Source of the DNA: Streptomycetaceae bacterium
GTDB taxonomy: Bacteria; Actinomycetota; Actinomycetes; Nanopelagicales; Nanopelagicaceae
NCBI GenBank assembly: GCA_007280125.1
Contig: QYPT01000076.1
Coordinates: 17-64,016 of the forward strand
DNA: 64,000 bases
Direction: 5' to 3'
Shown: in pieces, positions 45,105 through 54,255 of the stretch
How positions within the stretch are numbered: position 1 is the first letter of the stretch
Layout: each line of letters starts with the position of its first letter
Notes under the pieces: model-generated
What the model was told of the DNA's origin: nothing
What the model saw: only the letters and a program-made list of their open reading frames with translations
The model's database searches: none
Translations under genes and position numbers: made by a program

Positions 45105-47744
45105 ATGTTCGCAAGTAACCCTCGTTCAAAAGTTCTCTCGCGCGTGAAGGCCCTAGGGGTAGTTGGTGCCCTGTTACTTTTAGCGCTGCCCTCACAAGCA
45201 TTTGCTGCTGCGCCAGCAACAATTCATTTGACTGTTCACTACCAAAGGCCCGCAGAAGATTACACAAACTGGAATCTATGGCTCTGGAAGAACGTCATTG
45301 TTGGAAATGATCAAGGGGCTGATACTCAGGATAGAGCTTTCTCTCCGGCCGAGGGAAGTGCCTTTACTGGATCAGATGCATTCGGCAAAGTCTTCAAAGC
45401 AGATATAACTGAGATGAATTCATTCGACAACGTCGGAATTATTGTTCGCAAAGGTGCTTGGGTATCGAAGGATATCTCCGTCAATAGATTCATCACTAAC
45501 TTTGATGCATCAGGAAATGCTGAAGTATGGATTGTGCAGGATGATGCAACTATCTATACAGCCGCACCCGCACTCGGAAAATCAATGAAATCTGCAAGCC
45601 TAGATGATTTTCGTGCGATTTCAGTTGACCTAAGTCAAAAGATTGTCCTTTCAGGAAGTGGAGATGAAGGGTTTACGTTAACTGGCGGCCTGAAGGTTGC
45701 TTCAGTTACTGCACTTGTTGGCTCAGCCGCTGGCGCAACTCGCGTCCAACTCAATGTGGATTCTGATGCGACTATCGGATCTGATTACACGGTGACGCAA
45801 ACAAGTTTTGGTAGCGTCAAAGTTACCGCTGGCAAGATTATTGAATCCGATGGATTCAATGCGCGTTACTTATACACGGGAAATGATCTAGGAAACGCAT
45901 ATTCTGCTGCCTCGACAACTTTTCGCGTGTGGGCTCCGACCGCTAGCGCAGTGAGCCTCTTAACATATCCAAAAGCTTCTACACCTAGCACCGAAGCGAA
46001 AGTTATACCTATGGCCTCATCTGCAAAAGGCACGTGGGTCGTGACTCTCACTGGTGATCAAGATGGAACAATTTACGACTACAGAGTCACCCTAGGAAAT
46101 ACGATAAATGACGCCGTAGATCCTTATGTCCGTGCAACCACGGCAAATGGAGAACATGGCGTAGTGGTCAATCTGTCCAAAACGTATCCCGCCAATTGGA
46201 AGAATTCCAAGCCAGCATTTAGTGGCAAAGCAACGGATGCCGTGATTTACGAACTGCACGTTCGAGATCTCTCTCAAGATTCATCTAGCAATGTTCTGAC
46301 TGCGCATAAGGGTAAGTATTTAGCGCTAGCTGATGTTAAGACGAGCATGGGTGATTCAACTAAGACAGGTGTTTCCGCCATCAAAGATTTGGGTGTAACC
46401 CATGTTGAACTTCAACCTATCTTTGATTATGCCTCCGTCGACGAACTCAACCCATCATTTAACTGGGGATACGACCCTCAAAATTACAACGTTCCAGAAG
46501 GTTCGTACTCATCTAACCCAAGTAATCCAACTGCGCGGATAACTGAACTTAAGAGTGGCATCCAAGCCCTTCATGACCAAGGTTTGCGAGTAATGATGGA
46601 TGTTGTCTATAACCATGTATCTGCACCTGCAGGTTTTAGTCAAGAAAAGATCGTGCCAGGATATTTCTTCCGCAAGAACGCAGATGGTTCATTAACCAAT
46701 GGCAGCGGATGCGGCAATGATGTGGCTTCTGAGCGTCCAATGGTGCGCAAGTTTATTGTGGACTCCGCAAAGTACTGGGCTACGCAATACAACATGGATG
46801 GATTTCGTTTTGACCTTATGGGCTTGATAGACCTCACAACGATGCAGCAAGTGCGATCAGAATTAACAAAGATTAATCCAACTATTCTCATTATTGGCGA
46901 AGGTTGGGATATGGGCACTTTGCCCGATGCCATTAGGAGCAACCAGAAGAACATTGATAAATTGCCTGGAATAGCTGCATTTAATGACGAACTCCGTGAT
47001 GGCGTTAAGGGTTCTGTTTTTAATTCAACGGATAATGGTTTTGCAACGGGCAAAGCTACTGCCGCGCAAAGTGTCCAGGCTGGCATAGTCGGTAATGTTT
47101 TCTACAGTAGAGAAGTACTTGGTAAGTGGTTTACCAATGATCCGACTCAATCTGTTAATTACGTGGAAGCACATGACAACTTAACTCTCTTTGATAAGTT
47201 AACAGCGAGCGTTTCAGGTGCAACACCAGCCAAGATTGAATCGTTGGATCGCCTCTCGGCTTCCATCGCATTATTGGCGCAGGGTGTTCCTTTTATGCAA
47301 GCCGGACAAGAATTCTTGCGTTCCAAGAATGGCGATTCCAATAGCTACAAATCGAGCGATGCGATTAACTCGATAAAGTGGGATTTGCGAGCCAAGAATG
47401 CTTCTACCGTTAACTATTACAAGGGCATTATCGCTCTTCGTAAAGCACATCCTGCCTTTCGATTAGCGACAACTCCACTTGTGCAGAAGAACCTGACCTT
47501 TATCAAGGCTCCAACAGGCGCTATTGCCTATTCCCTTAAAGGCGCGGCAGTTAAAGATTCGTGGGGATCAATAGTTGTCGTGCACAACCCTGGTGCATCA
47601 TCGGCCACGGTGACTTTGCCAAGCAAAGGAGATTGGAAAGTTGTTGTTCAAGGGGCAAAGGCTGGAGTGAAAGTGATTCAAACACTCAAGAGCGCGACAA
47701 AGGTTTCTGTACCAGCAATGTCGACGTTGGTAGTGGAAAAGTAG
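45105..47744 (+). CDS. pulA: secreted type I pullulanase (GH13) with N-terminal carbohydrate-binding modules
   Basis: 879 aa with a signal peptide (..PSQAFAAAP). It has the pullulanase motif FNWGYDPQNYNVPEGSYSS. The GH13 regions are I MMDVVYNHV, II GFRFDLMG, III IGEGWD and IV NYVEAHDN. Confidence 0.9.
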   Translation: MFASNPRSKVLSRVKALGVVGALLLLALPSQAFAAAPATIHLTVHYQRPAEDYTNWNLWLWKNVIVGNDQGADTQDRAFSPAEGSAFTGSDAFGKVFKADITEMNSFDNVGIIVRKGAWVSKDISVNRFITNFDASGNAEVWIVQDDATIYTAAPALGKSMKSASLDDFRAISVDLSQKIVLSGSGDEGFTLTGGLKVASVTALVGSAAGATRVQLNVDSDATIGSDYTVTQTSFGSVKVTAGKIIESDGFNARYLYTGNDLGNAYSAASTTFRVWAPTASAVSLLTYPKASTPSTEAKVIPMASSAKGTWVVTLTGDQDGTIYDYRVTLGNTINDAVDPYVRATTANGEHGVVVNLSKTYPANWKNSKPAFSGKATDAVIYELHVRDLSQDSSSNVLTAHKGKYLALADVKTSMGDSTKTGVSAIKDLGVTHVELQPIFDYASVDELNPSFNWGYDPQNYNVPEGSYSSNPSNPTARITELKSGIQALHDQGLRVMMDVVYNHVSAPAGFSQEKIVPGYFFRKNADGSLTNGSGCGNDVASERPMVRKFIVDSAKYWATQYNMDGFRFDLMGLIDLTTMQQVRSELTKINPTILIIGEGWDMGTLPDAIRSNQKNIDKLPGIAAFNDELRDGVKGSVFNSTDNGFATGKATAAQSVQAGIVGNVFYSREVLGKWFTNDPTQSVNYVEAHDNLTLFDKLTASVSGATPAKIESLDRLSASIALLAQGVPFMQAGQEFLRSKNGDSNSYKSSDAINSIKWDLRAKNASTVNYYKGIIALRKAHPAFRLATTPLVQKNLTFIKAPTGAIAYSLKGAAVKDSWGSIVVVHNPGASSATVTLPSKGDWKVVVQGAKAGVKVIQTLKSATKVSVPAMSTLVVEK

Positions 47745-47747
47745 TCC

Positions 47748-49019
47748 TTAAAAACGAGTCAGAGAGAAATTGACCAAATGTTCAGAATCGATCTGAGAAA
47801 AAATAAGGCCCGCTAATAATTTCGCTGTTGCTGGGGCAAGAGTGACCCCCAGCATCGCGTGACCTGTTGCCACATAAACATGTGAGGTTCCAGGAACCTT
47901 GCCAATAACTGGCATGCCATCGGGAGTCATCGGACGAAGCCCCATGCCAACTTTTGGTTGCTGCGGGATGGGAAATGAGAAGAATTCTGCACTCGATTGT
48001 GCAATTCCATTCACGCGCGTTGGGTTAACCTTTAAAGGATTTCCACCAAATTCCATCGTCCCAGCAAGGCGAAGAAAGCTATTTGTTGGCGTGACGGCGA
48101 CCTTTGCTTCACTGAGATAAAGAGCATGAGTAATTCGAGTTTCCTGATGAAAGTCCAGCGAGTAGCCCTTGCCGAATTTAAGAGGCATGTCAAAGCCCAC
48201 TTGATTCATAAGTCCTCGAGATTCAACACCTGCTGCAATTACTACATGATCTCCAGAAACTTTCATGGACCCAAATGTCACTTCGGCACTCTTGTCGGCA
48301 TTTTCTTTCAAGTAAATATCTTCGGAAGTTTCAAAGAAAGTTACACCAAGTTTTTCGCATGAGCTTCTCAAGCCCTCCAAAAGGGATGTGGGGTTAATGG
48401 AATATTGATCACTGCAATTAAGTCCCGCTTTTACAGATTGAGATAAGCCAGGTTCAATCTCACGCATCTCTGATCCGGTCATCCGAGTTACTTTCTTAAG
48501 ACCGTACCGCTCGGAATTTTCGAACTCGGCGTAATGTGATTCCAATTCTTTCTCAGATTTGAAAGCCATTAAGACGCCCGTTTTGTGAAGTTCGAAATCA
48601 ACTCCTTCGGCTTTATATGTATCAAAATGTTCGAGTGTGCCTCGTCCAAATTCAGAGAGAGCATGCAAACCATGTTCGAAACGTGCCTTCGAAGTATTTC
48701 GAAGCATCTTGGACATAAAAGAAATGTGATCAGGATGTGGAACGGGCGATATCCTCAGTGGACCATCACTCTTGAGCATCCACCCAATAGATTTCTTGAC
48801 CATGCCAGGTGCAGGTACGGGCGATGCCATGATGGGAACGATCCATCCCGCATTAACTTCCCCAGCTTTGCCGGTATTTCGAGACGTTGAAACTACGGTG
48901 ACTTCTTCGCCTCGCTTTGCGAATTCATAGGCGGTGGCTAGGCCGATTGGTCCTGCACCAAGAATTGTCGTTGACACTTGTGCCTTCCTAAAGCGGGTGG
49001 CGATCACGGGGGATTGCAT
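47748..49019 (-). CDS. FAD-dependent oxidoreductase, DAO family (D-amino-acid dehydrogenase-like)
   Basis: 423 aa. The N-terminal dinucleotide fold is TTILGAGPIGLATAYEFAKRGEEVTVV, and the size is DadA-like. Confidence 0.8.
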   Translation of the reverse strand: MQSPVIATRFRKAQVSTTILGAGPIGLATAYEFAKRGEEVTVVSTSRNTGKAGEVNAGWIVPIMASPVPAPGMVKKSIGWMLKSDGPLRISPVPHPDHISFMSKMLRNTSKARFEHGLHALSEFGRGTLEHFDTYKAEGVDFELHKTGVLMAFKSEKELESHYAEFENSERYGLKKVTRMTGSEMREIEPGLSQSVKAGLNCSDQYSINPTSLLEGLRSSCEKLGVTFFETSEDIYLKENADKSAEVTFGSMKVSGDHVVIAAGVESRGLMNQVGFDMPLKFGKGYSLDFHQETRITHALYLSEAKVAVTPTNSFLRLAGTMEFGGNPLKVNPTRVNGIAQSSAEFFSFPIPQQPKVGMGLRPMTPDGMPVIGKVPGTSHVYVATGHAMLGVTLAPATAKLLAGLIFSQIDSEHLVNFSLTRF

Positions 49020-49269
49020 AATTTCTCGTGCCTGGATGAAAATACATGATGGAGGCGGTTCCAGCCATATGGGCCTCTCAGATCGTTCACGCTCTCTGCG
49101 GGCATTCTCTGATGGGAATAGAGTCAGATTCTTGTGCGGAATGTGTAGGCCACAGGGAAAATACTGGGCATTATGCCTATAGCGAGACCCTGCTCAGTAA
49201 CATACGCTCCACCCGTTGTATCCAATAGCCACATATGCCACATGGGACATGTGCGATGAGTAGGGGATT

Positions 49270-49701
49270 TTGATGCGTGAATTAACTCTAGATGACCTAG
49301 ATGACATGGTCTTGGGAGCGACCCTCCTTGGAACAGGTGGCGGTGGAGATCCTTACATCGCTCGATTGATGGTTCGCCAAGCGATGGAGGATTACGGCTC
49401 TGTAAATATTGCCTCTCCTAGCGAACTCGATCCTGATGGGCTCGTCTTAACGGTTGCTGTCATCGGCGCACCAACAGTAATTAGCGAAAAAGTTCCAGCA
49501 GGACCTGAATTCACGGGTGTCGTTAATGCGCTCGCAAGTTACTTAGGAAAGAAGCCAGTAGCAATCATGCCCATCGAAGTCGGTGGCATGAACACTCTGA
49601 TCCCATTAGCTGTAGCTGCCGAAATGGGGCTGCCGGTTATTGATGCAGATTCTATGCGCCGCGCGAACCAATATTTACAATTCGAGATGTTCCATTCTTA
49701 G
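49270..49701 (+). pseudogene. 5' remnant of a DUF917-family gene (truncated after about 130 conserved residues)
   Basis: LGATLLGTGGGGDPY ... IMPIEVGGMNTLIPLAVAAEMGLPVIDADSMRRA matches the N-terminal half of DUF917 as I recall it (..GtGGGGdP.. EiGG.N.. PvvDaDgMGRAFP). The frame then ends within 12 codons. From memory, full-length members are roughly 2.5 times longer. Confidence 0.6.
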
Positions 49702-50098
49702 GCATATGTTGAAACGCACACCACGTAACGTTCGCTGCTCCAATGAGGTTAACTCCTAAAGTATCCGACCACGCTTGTTGCCACTTCTCATACGTTGAAC
49801 TCTCGATGGGATGATCAAAGAAAACACCCGCATTGTTGATGAGGACGTCAATCTTTCCAAATTGGCTTGCCACATCATCGACCATGGTCTTGATTGCTTT
49901 GGGATCGCGCAGATCTCCTTGCGCAATGATGTGCCCTTGGCCATTTAATGAATCTGCAACGCCCTGTGCATCGTGCGAAGATGAAACGTAGTGAATAGCT
50001 ATGCGGTCACCAGCGGCTGCAAATTCACGAGCAATTGCTGCTCCGATACCGCGTGAACCACCAGTGATAACAACCGTGCGCCTAGTCTCATTAGTCAT
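49652..50098 (-). pseudogene. 5' remnant of an SDR gene (truncated before the catalytic YxxxK)
   Basis: VVITGGSRGIGAAIA ... NNAGV ... RIVNIGSRGA, then a stop. The classical SDR catalytic Tyr/Lys segment and the C-terminal third are missing (148 aa, against about 250 aa for classical SDRs). Confidence 0.65.
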
Positions 50099-50137
50099 GG
50101 GCTTACTGTAGGTCAGGAACGCGTAACAAAAGGATAA

Positions 50138-50211
50138 GTGGGGCGAGTCGGGCTCGAACCGACGACGACAGAATTATGAGTTCTGGGCTCTAACCAACTG
50201 AGCTACCGCCC
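50138..50211 (-). tRNA. tRNA-Met (anticodon CAT), elongator-type. A lysidine-modified tRNA-Ile2 cannot be excluded.
   Basis: The 74-nt cloverleaf was read from the minus strand. The acceptor is GGGGCGG/TCGCCCC (one G-U). The D arm is GCTC-AGTTGGTTA-GAGC. The anticodon stem is CAGAA/TTCTG with loop CTCATAA. The variable loop is TCGTC, the T arm is GTCGG-TTCGAGC-CCGAC, and the discriminator is A. CCA is not encoded. Confidence 0.9.
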
Positions 50212-50304
50212 CTTGACCTACTGGGTAAAGATAGTTGAGTTCGCTATGCGGAACAAAACCGACTCTTCGTAGACAGGCAGGATATCTCACTATAGGTTGC
50301 AAGA

Positions 50305-51417
50305 ATGAAATCACTAGCCGTATTGATTCGCGAAAGTGGCGCAAGTTTGCCATATACAACTTCTCGACCTCTTGAAATTGTAGAAATTGACCTCGCACCA
50401 CCTGGAAAGGGTGAGGTTTTGGTCAAGATTGAAGCGGCAGGAATCTGCCATTCTGATCTATCTGTGGTCAATGGCACTCGCCAACGTCCGCTACCAATAA
50501 TTGGTGGGCACGAATCTGCAGGTGTGGTGATTGAACTTGGAGCAGATGTAACATCTCTAAAAATCGGCGATCACGTAACAACAGTATTTTTGCCAAGTTG
50601 TGGAACATGTCACGAATGCACTTCCGGCATTCCTGCATATTGTTCAGTTGGAGCTGCAGCGAATGCTCGAGGCGAAATGATTAACGGTGGATCGCGAATC
50701 ACTCTCAATGGTAAGTCCGTAAATCACTACAACGGCGTCTCTTGCTATAGCCAATATGCGGTACTAGATGAGCGATCGTTAGTGAAAATTCCCGATGACA
50801 TTCCACTTGATCTTGCGGCACTTTTTGGATGCGCACTTTTGACAGGCATCGGTGCGGTGCGAAATTCTGCGCAGGCGCAACCAGGTCAATCCTTAGGTGT
50901 GTGGGGCTTAGGTGGTGTTGGTTTGTCAGCGCTGCTCGGCGCAGTGATTTCTAAAGCTTCGCCAATATTTGCAATCGATCCAGTGGCTTCAAAGCGCGAA
51001 CTTGCTTTATCACTTGGTGCTGATGTTGCTTTGGATCCCAGCGAGAATCTTCGTGATCATCTACCTGGGGGAGTTGCGGTTGCTGTTGAGGCAGCAGGGC
51101 GAGCCGATACTTTGAAAGCAGCATACGAGGCAACAGGTCGTGGTGGAATTACTGTAACTGTTGGTCTTCCCAGGGCAGAGGAGATGTTGTCAATCTCCGC
51201 ACTCTCATTAGTATCTGAGATAAAGACAATCAAAGGTTCTTATTTAGGTTCGGCAAATCCGCGAATTGATATACCTGAGTTTGTAGACTTTTGGCGCGAA
51301 GGCAAGTTGCCCGTTGAGAAATTGTTGACCTCTACGAGTCCAATGTCGCAAGTAAACGAGACTATGGATGCGTTGCAAGGGGCACAGGTAGTAAGGCAAG
51401 TTATTCACCCACATTAA
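50305..51417 (+). CDS. zinc-dependent alcohol dehydrogenase (medium-chain, class III-like)
   Basis: 370 aa. It shows GICHSDLSV, GHESAGVV, the structural-Zn cysteines CGTCHECTSGIPAYC, and GLGGVGLSA. Confidence 0.88.
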   Translation: MKSLAVLIRESGASLPYTTSRPLEIVEIDLAPPGKGEVLVKIEAAGICHSDLSVVNGTRQRPLPIIGGHESAGVVIELGADVTSLKIGDHVTTVFLPSCGTCHECTSGIPAYCSVGAAANARGEMINGGSRITLNGKSVNHYNGVSCYSQYAVLDERSLVKIPDDIPLDLAALFGCALLTGIGAVRNSAQAQPGQSLGVWGLGGVGLSALLGAVISKASPIFAIDPVASKRELALSLGADVALDPSENLRDHLPGGVAVAVEAAGRADTLKAAYEATGRGGITVTVGLPRAEEMLSISALSLVSEIKTIKGSYLGSANPRIDIPEFVDFWREGKLPVEKLLTSTSPMSQVNETMDALQGAQVVRQVIHPH

Positions 51418-51441
51418 AACTGTTGGGTAGTAACCATTTAT

Positions 51442-52446
51442 TTACGGAAGCAGAAGAACCTTTCCGCGCGGGGCTGGGGCATTGAGTAATGCATCAACCC
51501 CAAGTTCCCACTGAGTTAGGGGGAACTTATGAGTGACAAGAAATGTTAAATCAAGCTCTCCCGAGTTGAGCAACGCAACTGTCTTCGCCCATGCTTTCGA
51601 CGTGTAGCCAAATGATCCGTACATTGTGAAGTCACCATTTACCAGGTCATCTACTGCAAGGGGAATTGTCTCCTGGTGGCCAATCAAACCTAAAACTAAT
51701 AGCGTGCCGCCACGGATCATTTTTGTCATGGACATTTCGAATCCGGACTTAGATCCTGATGCCTCAATAACTAGATCATATTTCTCATCGTTTACATCCG
51801 AAGTTAAAAAGAATGTATCAACATCTGCTTGGGCAACGAGTGGTCCTTGTTCGGGGCGAAGGCCAACTAGATCTACTGTGGAAGGCTTCCATGCACGTGC
51901 TAGCTTGGCTGATAAGAGACCTATTGTGCCATCGCCGATTACCAGAATTCTTGCGTTAACTGATGGGTTCGCTTTCAATAAACCTGTTGTTACTACAGCT
52001 GCAGGTTCAACGAGAGCTCCCGATTCGTCTGATGTTTTAGATGTAAGCACATGTACGAGATGTTCTTGCGCGCACACTGCAGAACTAGCAGCTCCATTGC
52101 GGGTAAATCCATACTCATCGTAAACTTCACATCTATTTGTATGCCCGCCTTTGCATTCACGACATTTCTCGCAAGGAATGATTCCTTGAACAACGACTCG
52201 ATCACCAATATTGATGCGTTTAACGCCTTCTCCGCATTCGACAACCACGCCAGACCACTCATGCCCAATCGTGATTGGATAATTTACATAGGCAGGATCA
52301 ATTGTTCCATGAGTAATTTCTAGATCTGTTGCACAAATTCCAACAGCAACAGGTTGTATGAGAACTTGGCCCATACCTAGAACAGGAATCGACTCCTCTA
52401 CGAGTTCTAGTTTTCCATTCCCGGATGTCTTAAGTGCGAGCATCAT
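51442..52446 (-). CDS. zinc-dependent polyol/sugar-acid dehydrogenase (sorbitol/threonine/idonate dehydrogenase type MDR)
   Basis: 334 aa. It shows GICATDLE, GHEWSGVV, CEKCRECKGGHTNRC, and VIGDGTIGL. There is a 1-nt overlap with the IclR stop. Confidence 0.85.
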   Translation of the reverse strand: MMLALKTSGNGKLELVEESIPVLGMGQVLIQPVAVGICATDLEITHGTIDPAYVNYPITIGHEWSGVVVECGEGVKRINIGDRVVVQGIIPCEKCRECKGGHTNRCEVYDEYGFTRNGAASSAVCAQEHLVHVLTSKTSDESGALVEPAAVVTTGLLKANPSVNARILVIGDGTIGLLSAKLARAWKPSTVDLVGLRPEQGPLVAQADVDTFFLTSDVNDEKYDLVIEASGSKSGFEMSMTKMIRGGTLLVLGLIGHQETIPLAVDDLVNGDFTMYGSFGYTSKAWAKTVALLNSGELDLTFLVTHKFPLTQWELGVDALLNAPAPRGKVLLLP

Positions 52447-53237
52447 CAGCCTCTTACTTTCACTTTACCGCCGAGTTTTTTAGTTATAGCTTCAGCATGT
52501 TTGAGAATCTTAATTCCAAGTTTTGCAATCTCTTCAGTAGGGAGTTCAGATTTCAAACCAGTGGCACTGATTCCTCCTGCGCATTGTCCAAAATGATCGT
52601 AAAAAGCAGCTCCGATACATACAACCCCTTGTGCATCTTCTTCGTCATCAACTGCATAACCGCGCACGCGAATCTTTCGAATGTCAGCCATTAATTTGGG
52701 TAGGGTTGTTATCGATTTTGGCGTGCGTGCCTCCAATCCAGATTCTTCAACGATTTCGCGAATTCTTTCGTCAGATAATTCTGCAAGGATCGCCTTTCCA
52801 GCAGAACTCACATGTGGAAGCTCGCGTATTCCTAGCGGAGTAAAGAATCGCACTACGCCGGGCCCATCAATTCGTTCGATAAATACTGGGTAGCCATCGT
52901 AATTGCGGGCGATTCGGACAGTGAGCCCTGTTTTCTTACTCAGTTCATTCATAATTGAACGAGAAAGGCTAGCAATGGGATCGCGCGCACTTGCCAGATC
53001 TCCAAGGCGAATTAAGGCCATGCCTGGTAAATATCTAGGGCCCGGTTCGCTCATACGAAGGTAGTTGTGGTCTACGAGTGTGCGCAAGGTTGCATGAGTT
53101 GCACTTTTGGAGCTCTTCATTTCGCGCGCAATCTCACTCAGCGTCAGCCCCTCCTTAGGCCCAGCCATAACAAGGTCGACGAGATTTAAGGCTTTGGTGA
53201 CGCTGCCGATATTTGAAGAATTCTTCTTCTCTGGCAT
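52446..53237 (-). CDS. IclR-family transcriptional regulator (KdgR-like context)
   Basis: 263 aa. The N-terminal wHTH is LTLSEIAREMKSSKSATHATLRTLVDHNYL. The C-terminal effector domain contains ..GYAVDDEEDAQGVVCIGA... Confidence 0.9.
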   Translation of the reverse strand: MPEKKNSSNIGSVTKALNLVDLVMAGPKEGLTLSEIAREMKSSKSATHATLRTLVDHNYLRMSEPGPRYLPGMALIRLGDLASARDPIASLSRSIMNELSKKTGLTVRIARNYDGYPVFIERIDGPGVVRFFTPLGIRELPHVSSAGKAILAELSDERIREIVEESGLEARTPKSITTLPKLMADIRKIRVRGYAVDDEEDAQGVVCIGAAFYDHFGQCAGGISATGLKSELPTEEIAKLGIKILKHAEAITKKLGGKVKVRG

Positions 53238-53293
53238 CCCAATACCCTCCCGTCAATCGTTGACATTCGTATCTTGTACGCCAATACTATTAC

Positions 53294-53322
53294 TACCGAA
53301 CGCTGTTCGGCAATACCGAACG
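53294..53322. promoter_or_regulatory. candidate IclR operator: palindrome CCGAAC-GCT-GTTCGG plus a third TACCGAACG half-site 20 nt downstream
   Basis: taccgaacgctgttcggcaataccgaacg lies in the 94-nt divergent spacer between the IclR gene (start 53237) and the 53332 ORF. The 9-mer TACCGAACG occurs at 53294 and at 53314. Confidence 0.55.
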
Positions 53323-53331
53323 GAACCTTTT

Positions 53332-54246
53332 ATGCTTTCAGATGCACTGTTGGGCGGGTTACCCACAGAATCCATTCCCATCTCTAGCGCGTTGCGATTT
53401 CCAGATGGTGCAGATTTTAGGATCGAAATCCCATCCGTTGAAGGTCCGAAAGTTCTAGCCGCAGTTATCGATGAAGCCTCTAAGCGCGGCGTGGTTGTGA
53501 ACCGAGTATCTCAAGGCAGTGGAGCAATGCTTCACACAGAGAAAGAGTTACGCGAGATGTCTCGCATTGCAGCGGATGCCGGTCTTGAAATTTCTCTCTT
53601 TATTGGGCCTCGCGAAGAGTGGGGTGTCAGTGCAATGTCGCGTGGGCCCGAAGGAGCAGCACTCAACGGTTCGGTTCGTGGAATGCGTCAGCTGCGTTAT
53701 GCGGTGGAGGACTCACTGCGCGCCATCGAATGCGGAATCCGCGGATTGTTGATTGCCGATCTTGGAGTCCTTCAGGTTTTAGCAGATGCTCGTAAGACGC
53801 ATCAGATCCCAAAGGATGTTGTATTCAAAGTCTCCGTAATGAAAGCACCGTCAAATCCAGCAACGGTAAAAGTCTTGGAATCCCTAGGTGGCGACACAAT
53901 AAACCTTCCGACAGATCTCACTTTGAACGAACTTGCCGAGATGCGTGGAGTGACTTCTTTACCTATTGATTTATACGTTGAAGCACCAGATAGCCTGGGT
54001 GGTGTGGTCCGAGGTAACGAAGCCGCAGATCTTATTGCCGTCGCCTCTCCTCTCTATGTGAAATTCGGGCTCCGAAATTCACGCGGACTCTATCCATCAG
54101 GAATGCACCTTGATGCGGATGCGGCGCTTATAGCGCGCGAAAAAGTCCGCCGCGCCGAAATCTCTCTTGAATGGATACATCGCAGCGGAAAGAACCTCGT
54201 TCAATCAAAGCCAGGTGCCCAAGGACTTGGAATTCCACAACCGTGA
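53332..54246 (+). CDS. conserved-looking protein of unknown function (304 aa), first gene of the IclR-controlled plus-strand array
   Basis: ORF 53107..54246. I prefer the ATG at 53332 (MLSDALLGG...), because the longer form would overlap the IclR gene and the operator. The alternating beta/alpha-like pattern is suggestive of a barrel enzyme. I recognise no family motif. Confidence 0.6.
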   Translation: MLSDALLGGLPTESIPISSALRFPDGADFRIEIPSVEGPKVLAAVIDEASKRGVVVNRVSQGSGAMLHTEKELREMSRIAADAGLEISLFIGPREEWGVSAMSRGPEGAALNGSVRGMRQLRYAVEDSLRAIECGIRGLLIADLGVLQVLADARKTHQIPKDVVFKVSVMKAPSNPATVKVLESLGGDTINLPTDLTLNELAEMRGVTSLPIDLYVEAPDSLGGVVRGNEAADLIAVASPLYVKFGLRNSRGLYPSGMHLDADAALIAREKVRRAEISLEWIHRSGKNLVQSKPGAQGLGIPQP

Positions 54247-54255
54247 AAGATACCA

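Noticed and set aside
50138-50211. The tRNA was considered as initiator tRNA-fMet.
   Set aside because: The acceptor stem starts with a paired G1-C72. The anticodon stem is CAGAA/TTCTG and lacks the three consecutive G-C pairs of bacterial initiators. It is therefore elongator-type.
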